The notes below the pieces were generated by a model. It did not search any database. It had not been told where the DNA came from and saw only the letters and a program-made list of their open reading frames with translations. A stretch of 31,032 nt of DNA from Deltaproteobacteria bacterium (GTDB taxonomy: Bacteria; Myxococcota_A; UBA9160; UBA6930), in NCBI GenBank assembly GCA_031396315.1, contig JANNKN010000220.1, positions 1 through 31,032 of the forward strand, read 5' to 3'. Below are positions 18,993 to 26,412 of the stretch, in pieces. Position 1 is the stretch's first letter. Each line of letters begins with the position of its first letter. The position numbers and the translations under genes are program-made.

Positions 18993-19493
18993 ATGAAGCG
19001 CGCGATCTTGCTCCGGCACGCGACCGCCGCCGAGGCGCGCGAGGACGCTCTGCGCGAGCTGACCGCGGAGGGCGCGGCCGAGGCCGCGCGAGCCGGCGCA
19101 AAGATCGCGGCGCTCTCACCCGGCTGGGCACCCACCCACGCGCTCTGCTCGACCGCGCTGCGGGCGAGCGCGACGCTCGCGGCCGCACAGGCGGCGCTGG
19201 CAGAGCTCGCCCGCATCGAGTTCGATGCGCGGCTCTACCTCGCGAGCGCGGCCCAGCTGCTCGCGGCGTTGCGGCGCTTGCCTGAGCACGACGCCTGCGT
19301 GTTGCTGGTCGCGCACGAACCGGGGCTCTCCGATCTCGTGCGCCAGCTCGCGCGCCGGGCCGAGCCGGGTGCGCGCGTCCACGTTGGGGCCGGGATGGCG
19401 CCCGCTTCGTTCGCGGCGCTCACACTCGATGTCGCGCGCTGGCGCGACGTGGGCCCGGGCTGCGCAGAGCTCGCGACCTTCGCGCGACCCTAA
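18993..19493 (+). CDS. sixA: Phosphohistidine phosphatase SixA-like (histidine phosphatase superfamily)
   Basis: LLRHATA (RHG-type motif), LTAEG, CSTALRA, RLYLAS and LLVAHEPGL. Confidence 0.8.
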   Translation: MKRAILLRHATAAEAREDALRELTAEGAAEAARAGAKIAALSPGWAPTHALCSTALRASATLAAAQAALAELARIEFDARLYLASAAQLLAALRRLPEHDACVLLVAHEPGLSDLVRQLARRAEPGARVHVGAGMAPASFAALTLDVARWRDVGPGCAELATFARP

Positions 19494-20080
19494 GCGCTCG
19501 CGCGTTTGCGCAGCACGGAGGCCGCGCGCGCTGCGAGCAGCACCGCGAGCAGCGCGGCGTATACGAGCGGCTCGCGCAAATCCTTCTTCACCAGCCACAC
19601 GAAGTGCAGCACGCCGAACACAGCCGCGGCGTATGCGAGGCGGTGCAGCGCGAGCCAGCGGCGACCGAGGCGGCGTTGCCAGGCGCGCGTCGAGGTGATC
19701 GCGAGTGGAGTCATTAGGACGAGCGCGGCAAAGCCGAGCGTCACGTACGGGCGCTCGACGATCTCCTCGGCGAGTCGCGTGAACGCGAAGCCGAGATCGA
19801 GCGCGAAAAACGTGGCGGCGTGAAGCGTCGCGTAGAGGAACGCGAGCAGACCGAACGTGCGCCGGTAGGGCGCGAGCGCCGCGAGGCGCGGCGAGAGGCG
19901 GCGCAGCGGCGTCACCGCGAGGCACGCGAGCAAGCACTGCAGCGCCCAGGCGCCGGTGACGTGCGTGATCGTCTCCACCGGGTTCGCGCCGAGCCCGCCG
20001 CGCAGCGCGCCGTGTGCGAGCCACGCGAGCGGCGTGAGAGCCGCTGCGATGACTGCGGCGTGAACGAGCTTTCGCCTCAT
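19490..20080 (-). CDS. msrQ: Methionine sulfoxide reductase heme-binding membrane subunit
   Basis: TGAWAL...LAVTPLRR, RRTFGL...YATLH, RPYVT, PLAITS, WLALHRLAY...LHFVW. Directly downstream of msrP. ATG at 20080. Confidence 0.93.
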   Translation of the reverse strand: MRRKLVHAAVIAAALTPLAWLAHGALRGGLGANPVETITHVTGAWALQCLLACLAVTPLRRLSPRLAALAPYRRTFGLLAFLYATLHAATFFALDLGFAFTRLAEEIVERPYVTLGFAALVLMTPLAITSTRAWQRRLGRRWLALHRLAYAAAVFGVLHFVWLVKKDLREPLVYAALLAVLLAARAASVLRKRASA

Positions 20081-20096
20081 CGAGACGGCGCCGCGC

Positions 20097-21068
20097 TCAG
20101 TAGTGCTTCCGCAGGTCCATGCCTTGGTACAGGCGCGCGACCTGATCGGCATAGCCGTTGAACGCCAGCGTCGGCCGCTTGCTCCATTCGCCGATGCGCC
20201 GCTCGCTCTTCTGCGTCCAGCGCGGGTGATCGACGCGCGGGTTCACGTTTGCGTAGAAGCCGTACTCGGCCGCGTTCTCGTCACTCCACGTCGTGCGCGG
20301 CTCGCGCGCGACGAGCTTCAACTTCACGATCGACTTGATGCTCTTGAAGCCGTACTTCCACGGCACGACGAGCCGCAGCGGCGCGCCGTTCTGGCTCGGC
20401 AGCACCCGGCCGTACATGCCGACGGCAAGGATCGCGAGCGGATGCATCGCCTCGTCGAGACGCAGGCCCTCGCGATACGGCCAGTCGAGCGTGCTGCGGC
20501 GCTGGCCGGGCATCTGCTCCTCGTCCACCAGCGTCTCGAACGCGACGTACTTCGCCTGCGAAGTCGGCGCGAAGCGCTTCAGCACATCGCCGAGCGGAAT
20601 CCCCACCCAGGGAATCACCATCGACCACGCCTCGACGCAGCGCAGCCGATAGATGCGCTCCTCGAGCGGGTACTCCTTCAGCAGCGCGTCGATGTCGAGC
20701 ACGCCCGGCCGCGCGACCTCCCCCTCGACCGCGAGCGTCCACGGACGAATGCGTAGCGAGTGCGCGTGCTGCGCGGGGTCTTCCTTGGCGGTGCCGAACT
20801 CGTAGAAGTTGTTGTAGGAAGTGGCGTCCTCGTAACGCGTGAGTGCCTCGCTCGTGCGATAGCCCTCGGGCGCCGGGATCACCTTTGCCAGCTTCGCGAG
20901 CGCGGCCGGCGCGGGCGTCGCAGCGCGCGCCGCGGTGTCTTCACCGCAGCCGAACAGCGCCGCCGCGGAGAACGCGGCGCCTGCCTGCAAGAACGAGCGA
21001 CGGCGCAGCACCAGCGCCTCGGGAGTCACGTCGCGCTCGGGGATCAGGCTCGGACGAATTAGGTGCAT
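20097..21068 (-). CDS. msrP: Molybdopterin-dependent methionine sulfoxide reductase catalytic subunit
   Basis: Tat signal [50 protein letters not shown] and YGFYANVNP. Confidence 0.96.
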   Translation of the reverse strand: MHLIRPSLIPERDVTPEALVLRRRSFLQAGAAFSAAALFGCGEDTAARAATPAPAALAKLAKVIPAPEGYRTSEALTRYEDATSYNNFYEFGTAKEDPAQHAHSLRIRPWTLAVEGEVARPGVLDIDALLKEYPLEERIYRLRCVEAWSMVIPWVGIPLGDVLKRFAPTSQAKYVAFETLVDEEQMPGQRRSTLDWPYREGLRLDEAMHPLAILAVGMYGRVLPSQNGAPLRLVVPWKYGFKSIKSIVKLKLVAREPRTTWSDENAAEYGFYANVNPRVDHPRWTQKSERRIGEWSKRPTLAFNGYADQVARLYQGMDLRKHY

Positions 21069-21182
21069 CGAAGGGCTCCTGAGTATCGCGATCGTCTAGA
21101 CGCCCCGAGCGGCGCCTCGGTTACGGCGATGGAGCAGCCTGGCGCGCACGATTTATTGCGCCAATCCGCCACAGCCGCGGCA

Positions 21183-21188
21183 TAGAAT
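21183..21188 (+). promoter_or_regulatory. Sigma-70-like -10 element (TAGAAT) for doxX
   Basis: TAGAAT 49 nt upstream of ATG 21238, in an otherwise GC-rich context. No canonical -35 at 17 bp. Confidence 0.4.
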
Positions 21189-21237
21189 GCGCCCCGCGCA
21201 CTCGCTTCCACCCCTATCGACAGACGGAGACTCCCCC

Positions 21238-21645
21238 ATGGGCTTCCTCGCACCCCACGCCGACAAGATCTACGCGCTGTTCCGCCTCATGGCGGGGCTG
21301 CTCATGCTGCAGCACGGCACGCAGAAGGTTCTCGGCTGGTTGGGCGGCATTCCGGAAGGTGTGCCCGCGTTCATTCAATACGGCGCGGGCAGCATCGAGT
21401 TGTTCGGCGCGCTGCTAGTCGCGATCGGCCTGTTCACCGCGCCCGCCGCGTTCCTGCTCTCCGGCACGATGGCGGTCGCCTACTTCATGGGCCACGTCTT
21501 CAACCCGCAGAGCAACCCGACCGGCAGCCTGATCCCCACGACGAACGGCGGCGAAATCGCGGTGCTCTACTGCTTCGCATTCCTCTACATCGCCGCCAAG
21601 GGCTCTGGGATCTGGAGCGTCGACGCCATCCGCGCCGCGAAGTAA
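21238..21645 (+). CDS. DoxX family membrane protein
   Basis: RLMAGLLMLQHGTQK, IELFGALLVAIGLFTAPAAFL, MAVAYF...H, NGGE...LYCF, GSGIWSVD. Confidence 0.9.
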   Translation: MGFLAPHADKIYALFRLMAGLLMLQHGTQKVLGWLGGIPEGVPAFIQYGAGSIELFGALLVAIGLFTAPAAFLLSGTMAVAYFMGHVFNPQSNPTGSLIPTTNGGEIAVLYCFAFLYIAAKGSGIWSVDAIRAAK

Positions 21646-21697
21646 CCGCACCGGAACACCGCGATGCTTCCAAAGCGCGCGCAACGCGCACGCCGGA

Positions 21698-21718
21698 GGC
21701 GCGGCTCAAAGCCGCGCC
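21698..21718. terminator. Perfect 9-bp hairpin downstream of doxX
   Basis: GGCGCGGCT-CAA-AGCCGCGCC between convergent genes. Confidence 0.4.
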
Positions 21719-21765
21719 GATCCGCGCCCCCCCTCCAAAAGTCTGGCGGCGCAGCGCAAGCACGA

Positions 21766-21938
21766 GCAGCCGCGGCGGGGCCGGGGGCGGCTGCGGGCGA
21801 ATCAAGCGCAGCTCGGCCCCGAACTCCGAGCATCGCAACGCCTCAACGCGGCGCGTGCACAACAATGCCAGGGACACCCCAGCGAGGGGCCGCCAGCGAG
21901 CCATCGCCCGCAGCCGCCCCCGGCCCCGCCGCGGCTGC
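21766..21938. repeat. Perfect 35-bp inverted-repeat doublet (REPIN/MITE-like)
   Basis: 21766-21800 GCAGCCGCGGCGGGGCCGGGGGCGGCTGCGGGCGA is the exact reverse complement of 21904-21938, with a 103-bp spacer. Each arm has its own 8-bp stem (GCAGCCGC/GCGGCTGC). Confidence 0.85.
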
Positions 21939-21959
21939 GCTCACCGCACACCTACGCCC

Positions 21960-22451
21960 TCACACCGGATCCCACTTCAACTCGCGCTCGCCCCAGAACG
22001 AATCCGTCACCTTCGCGCCCGTCTTCGCCCGCAACGACACCTCTTCATACGTCCGCGTATACCCCGTGTGCAGGATGCGCCACTTCGCGTCGGCGCCTTT
22101 GACGTACACGTCCTCGTAAAACGCCGAGCCGTTCAGCGTCCAGCCCTGTTCGAGATTGATGACGGTGTCGTGCAGCGCCCACACGCCTTTCGCGCGCGTC
22201 GCGCTCTCGAGCACGATCTCTGGGTGGTGCACGGTGTGGCTGCTCAGAAATTTCGGCGACGACATCGACTTCTCGAGGAACGCCATGATCTCGTCACGCC
22301 CCGTGAAGCTGTACTTGCCGCCGCCGTACGAACTCGTCGCGTTCTCGGCGAGCGTCTCGCGCAGCTCCACCCAGAGCTTGCGATCGACGCAGCGCAGATA
22401 GCGGTACTTGAGCTGCTTGATCTCTTCGAGCGCCTGCAGATCGATCGGCAT
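21960..22451 (-). CDS. SnoaL/NTF2-like protein (BaiE/scytalone dehydratase-like)
   Basis: IKQLKYRYLRCVD, SSHTVHHPEI, AKGVWALHD, YEDVY and WRI. AGGAGG upstream. Confidence 0.85.
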   Translation of the reverse strand: MPIDLQALEEIKQLKYRYLRCVDRKLWVELRETLAENATSSYGGGKYSFTGRDEIMAFLEKSMSSPKFLSSHTVHHPEIVLESATRAKGVWALHDTVINLEQGWTLNGSAFYEDVYVKGADAKWRILHTGYTRTYEEVSLRAKTGAKVTDSFWGERELKWDPV

Positions 22452-22517
22452 CGGAGCCTCCTCGGTGAGGCGTGCAGCGTATCCCGCGTGACGGGTGTTT
22501 CGCTGTGCGCCGAACTC

Positions 22518-23441
22518 CTAATTCTCCACCGCCGGCAGCACTTCCGCGATCGCGCGCGCCGTCTGCTCGCGAAGATCCTGTGTGCCCTGTGCGAGCGGCA
22601 GCAGCACGAGCTTCGAAACGCCGCCAGCGACGTACTGCTGGATGCGCGCGACGAGATCCGCGGGCTTGCCGGTGACGATCTGTCCGTCCGCCCCGCCCGC
22701 GCGCGCGGCGGCGCGGCCCGCGAAGCGCTGCACCATCGGGTCGTCCGCGCCGCCGAAACGGAACGGGATCGTCGCGCCATAATGATCGGCGTCGATCGTG
22801 CGGCCCGTCTTCGTGCACTCCGCGCGAATCGCCGCGACGACGCCCGCGATCTCGCTCGGCGCCATCAGGCCGCCGAGCCAACCCGTGCCGATGCGCGCCG
22901 TGCGCCGAATCGCAGCCGGGCTGTGGCCGCCGATCCAGAGCGGCAGCGGCTTCTGCACCGGCAACGGGGAGATGCGTGCGCCCTGATAAGTGAAGTGCGC
23001 GCCCGCGTAATCGACGGCCTCGCCGTTCCAGAGCCGCGCCATGATGTCGAGCGTCTCATCGGAACGCTTGCCGCGCACGGCGGGATCGCGCCCGGTCGCC
23101 TTCCAGGTCGGGTCGCCCTCGAAGCCGACGCCGAACACCGGCAGCAAGCGCCCGCCCGAGAGGAAGTCGATCGTCGCGCACTCTTTCGCGAGCACGAGCG
23201 GATCGCGATACGCGACGACTACCGCATTCATGCCGAACTTGATGCGCTCGGTCGCGCCTGCGAGCGCTGCCATCGCCGCCATCGGCTCGAGCTGCGCGTC
23301 GGCGCCGACCAGGCGATCCGTCTGCCAGAGCGAGTCGACGCCGCCGGCCTCGCACTGCTCTGCGAAGCCGAAGTAGTCGCGCGCGCGGTCGAAGCCGAAG
23401 GCGGCGACGCCAATGCCACAGCGGATCTTCACGGCTCGCAT
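22518..23441 (-). CDS. LLM (luciferase-like) flavin/F420-dependent oxidoreductase
   Basis: DSLWQTD, ATERIKFG, RDPLVLAKECATIDFLSGGRL, PLPLWIGG and RTARIGTGW. Start ATG 23441 or GTG 23432. Confidence 0.88.
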   Translation of the reverse strand: MRAVKIRCGIGVAAFGFDRARDYFGFAEQCEAGGVDSLWQTDRLVGADAQLEPMAAMAALAGATERIKFGMNAVVVAYRDPLVLAKECATIDFLSGGRLLPVFGVGFEGDPTWKATGRDPAVRGKRSDETLDIMARLWNGEAVDYAGAHFTYQGARISPLPVQKPLPLWIGGHSPAAIRRTARIGTGWLGGLMAPSEIAGVVAAIRAECTKTGRTIDADHYGATIPFRFGGADDPMVQRFAGRAAARAGGADGQIVTGKPADLVARIQQYVAGGVSKLVLLPLAQGTQDLREQTARAIAEVLPAVEN

Positions 23442-23503
23442 CGCGCCGCAGCATAGGCCGGCACGAACGGCGCGCGTAGACTGCGGCGCGAAGAAGGAGA
23501 CGC

Positions 23504-24589
23504 GTGCCGTCGAAGCTCTCAACTTGCCTCGTGCTCACACTCGGTGCGTCGCTCGCGGGTGTTGCGCTCGGCGCGCCCGCGGCCAAGGCGCCCGCGCGCC
23601 GGGTCGTTCAGCCGGATGCCGGCGCCTTCACCATCGTGCTCGTGCCCGACACGCAACACGAGGTCGACACGAACCCCGACGCCACCACGAAGCTCGAGTT
23701 TCCGTGGCAGCTGCCGCGGCTCGAGCGCAACGCGGCGTGGATCTGCGAGCAGCGCGATGCCCTGCGCATCGCGGCGGTCCTGCACCTGGGAGACTTCGTG
23801 CAGGCGCAGCCGCGCGGCGTGCACGCGCAGTGGGACTACGCGACGCGCCTGCTCGACAGCGTCGAAGCGTGCGGCATCCCGTGGCTCGCCGCGTTCGGCA
23901 ATCACGATTGCGATGCGGGACCGAACGGCTGCGCGCTTCCCAGCGGCGGCGACCGCGCGAGCAACTTCCAGCAGCACGTGATGACGCGGCAGGCAAAGCA
24001 GCCGGAATGGCAGGGGGCGGGCCCCGAGATCCGGCCCGCACACGGCCGCTGCGGCCTCGGCGGCGCGATGCGCGCGCCGAGCCGGAATGGCTGGATCCGC
24101 TTCGCAGGTCGCTTCGCTGCGCTCTCGCTCGATTGGTACCCCGACTGCAAATCCCAGGACGACTGGGCGCGCACGGTGCTCGAAGAGCACGCCGCCGACA
24201 CGCAGTTCCTGCTGCTCGGGCACGCGATCGCGAGGCCGGGCGATTCGCCGACGTGCGCTGGCGGCACCGAGCCCGGACAAGCGCTGCGCGCCGGCCAGCT
24301 CGCGCGCGCGAGCGGCGTGTTCGCGATCGTGGGCGGCCACTACGTCCAAGATCCGAATTTCGCTTGTTACGGCTCGAGCGACATGGGTGGGCACCGCGTG
24401 CTCAACGTCTTCTCCGACTTCCAGACGAACGGCGGCAAGGAGATGGCGGGAACGCTGGTGCTGATGCGCGTCGACGTCGCGGCCTATCCGGCCCGGCCGA
24501 ACGTCTGCATCCGTCAATACAACCCCTCTCTCGACAAGTACGACGTCACCGAGCCGGAGCGTTGCTTCGACCTACCGGCGGTGAGATAG
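23504..24589 (+). CDS. Secreted calcineurin-like metallophosphoesterase, Cys-rich
   Basis: Signal peptide, then PDTQ, HLGD, GNHD, LGH and GGH motifs. AAGGAG upstream of GTG, with a TAGACT -10-like hexamer at 23477-23482. Confidence 0.8.
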   Translation: MPSKLSTCLVLTLGASLAGVALGAPAAKAPARRVVQPDAGAFTIVLVPDTQHEVDTNPDATTKLEFPWQLPRLERNAAWICEQRDALRIAAVLHLGDFVQAQPRGVHAQWDYATRLLDSVEACGIPWLAAFGNHDCDAGPNGCALPSGGDRASNFQQHVMTRQAKQPEWQGAGPEIRPAHGRCGLGGAMRAPSRNGWIRFAGRFAALSLDWYPDCKSQDDWARTVLEEHAADTQFLLLGHAIARPGDSPTCAGGTEPGQALRAGQLARASGVFAIVGGHYVQDPNFACYGSSDMGGHRVLNVFSDFQTNGGKEMAGTLVLMRVDVAAYPARPNVCIRQYNPSLDKYDVTEPERCFDLPAVR

Positions 24590-24622
24590 GCTGCGCGCGT
24601 CGCAACCCAAAAGGAGCCGTCG

Positions 24623-25102
24623 ATGGGCAAGTACACGCGCGCGGAACTGCTCGAAGCATTCGAGGACTACAAGCGCCGGCGCGACATCGCCTCGACCAGC
24701 GGCGATTGGAACGTGTGGGCCGACTGCTTCGCGGAGGATGCGCGTTACATCGAGCACGCATACGGCGAGCTCGAGGGCCGCGAGACGATCCGCGCTTGGA
24801 TCTGCAACGTGATGGCGCCGTATCCCACGATGACGTTCCCAATCACCTGGCTGGTCGTGGACGAAGAGAACGGCGCGATCGTGTGGGAAGTGCGCAACGC
24901 GTTCCCCGAGCCCTACCAACAGAACGGCGAGCCCTACTCGTTCCCCAATTGGTCGCGGCTCGTGTACGCGGGCGGCATGAAATGGAAATCCGAAGAGGAC
25001 GTCTACAACCCCGCGCGCGACGCGGGGCGCGTCTTCAAAGGCTGGATCAAGGCCGGCGGCAAAACGCGCAGCGCTGAAAAAGTGCAGATGGCGCACCGCT
25101 GA
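24623..25102 (+). CDS. SnoaL/NTF2-like protein
   Basis: DWNVWADCFAEDARYIEH...GRETIRAW...EEDVYNP. AAGGAG RBS. Confidence 0.8.
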   Translation: MGKYTRAELLEAFEDYKRRRDIASTSGDWNVWADCFAEDARYIEHAYGELEGRETIRAWICNVMAPYPTMTFPITWLVVDEENGAIVWEVRNAFPEPYQQNGEPYSFPNWSRLVYAGGMKWKSEEDVYNPARDAGRVFKGWIKAGGKTRSAEKVQMAHR

Positions 25103-25114
25103 GGAAAATTGCGA

Positions 25115-25134
25115 CGCTGCGCTCACTCGCAGCG
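25115..25134. terminator. Hairpin after the SnoaL gene
   Basis: CGCTGCG-CTCACT-CGCAGCG, a 7-bp stem with no U-tract. Confidence 0.3.
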
Positions 25135-25226
25135 CCGGCGCCGCGCCCAATCCGGTAGCCCCCCGGCGCGCGCAGCGCGCGACGACGGGTTACCGTGCTC
25201 GCGCTTCCCGCCCGAAAGGATTCCGC

Positions 25227-26399
25227 ATGCCCGAAGTATTCATCGTCGAAGCGGTTCGTTCGCCCCTCGGTCGCCGCGGCGGCGGTCTCGCGACGATGCA
25301 CGCGGCCGACTTGTTGGGCAACGTGATGAGGGCCGCTACCTCTCGCGCGGGCCTCGACGCGCGCGAGATCGGGCAAGTGATCGGCGGCTGCGTCTCTCAG
25401 GTCGGCGAGCAGTCCTACAACATCGCGCGTACCGCGTGGCTCTCGGCCGGGCTCCCGCTCGAGATCGCGGCCACCACCGTCGATAGCCAGTGCGGTTCGT
25501 CGCAGCAGGCGAGCACGCTCGCGGCGGGCCTCGTCGGCGCGGGCCTCGAAGAGGTCGTGATGTCCTGCGGCGTCGAGATGATGAGCCGCGTGCCGCTCGG
25601 CGCGAACTTCTCCGACAAAAAGCTCGGCCGCCCGGTGCCGAAGTCGTACTTCGCGAGATACGCGTTCAACTCGCAGTTCCAGGGCGCGGAGATGATCGCA
25701 AAGGAATACGGCATCACGCGCGACGACACGGACCGCTTCGGCCTGCGCAGCCAGGAAAACGCGGCGCGTGCGTGGCGCGAGGGCCGGTATGACCGCGAGG
25801 TCGTGCCGCAGGACGCGCCGGTGCTGGACGCCGAGGGCAAGCCCACGGGTGAGAGCCTGCGCGTCGCGCGCGACGAAGGCATGCGCGAGACCTCGCTCGA
25901 GAAGCTCGGCGCATTGAAGGCCGTCATCGATGGCGGCCTGCACACCGCGGGCACGAGCTCTCAGGTCACGGACGGCGCGTCGGCGCTGATCCTCGCTTCC
26001 GAGGCCGCCGTGAAGCGCCTCGGGCTGAAAGCGCGCGCGCGCATCGTCTACTCGACGATCGTCGGCGTCGATCCCGAGACGATGCTGAAAGGTCCCATCC
26101 CGGCGACTCGCAAAGTGCTGGAGCGCACGAAGCTGCGGATCGAGGACATCGATGTGTGCGAAGTGAACGAGGCGTTCGCGTCGGTGGTGCTCGCCTGGCA
26201 GAAGGAGTGCAGGCCCGTGCTCGAACGCGTGAACCCGAACGGCGGCGCGATCGCGCTCGGCCATCCGACCGGCGCGACCGGCGACCGCCTGATCACTTCT
26301 GCGCTGCACGAGCTCGAGCGCACGAAGGGCCGCTACGGACTCATCTCGATGTGCTGCGGCGGCGGGCTCGGCACCGGCACCCTCATCGAGCGGCTCTAA
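25227..26399 (+). CDS. Thiolase (acetyl-CoA C-acyltransferase), FadA5/steroid 3-ketoacyl-CoA thiolase-like
   Basis: Catalytic SQCGSSQQA, ALGHP and MCCGGG. QVIGGCVSQVGEQSYNIARTAWLSAGLP recalls mycobacterial FadA5. Confidence 0.9.
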   Translation: MPEVFIVEAVRSPLGRRGGGLATMHAADLLGNVMRAATSRAGLDAREIGQVIGGCVSQVGEQSYNIARTAWLSAGLPLEIAATTVDSQCGSSQQASTLAAGLVGAGLEEVVMSCGVEMMSRVPLGANFSDKKLGRPVPKSYFARYAFNSQFQGAEMIAKEYGITRDDTDRFGLRSQENAARAWREGRYDREVVPQDAPVLDAEGKPTGESLRVARDEGMRETSLEKLGALKAVIDGGLHTAGTSSQVTDGASALILASEAAVKRLGLKARARIVYSTIVGVDPETMLKGPIPATRKVLERTKLRIEDIDVCEVNEAFASVVLAWQKECRPVLERVNPNGGAIALGHPTGATGDRLITSALHELERTKGRYGLISMCCGGGLGTGTLIERL

Positions 26400-26412
26400 C
26401 AAGCGCCGCGCG

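Noticed and set aside
19490-19493. Overlapping stop codons of convergent sixA and msrQ
   Set aside because: A common compaction feature in dense genomes.
21664-22119. 151-aa plus-strand ORF across the doxX-SnoaL gap
   Set aside because: It is made of inverted-repeat sequence and antisense SnoaL sequence, with no RBS or motif.
23460-23473. GG-N10-GC (GGCACGAACGGCGC) upstream of the phosphoesterase
   Set aside because: It lacks the TT before the -12 GC. The sigma-70-like TAGACT explains the promoter better, and GG-N10-GC arises often by chance at this GC content.
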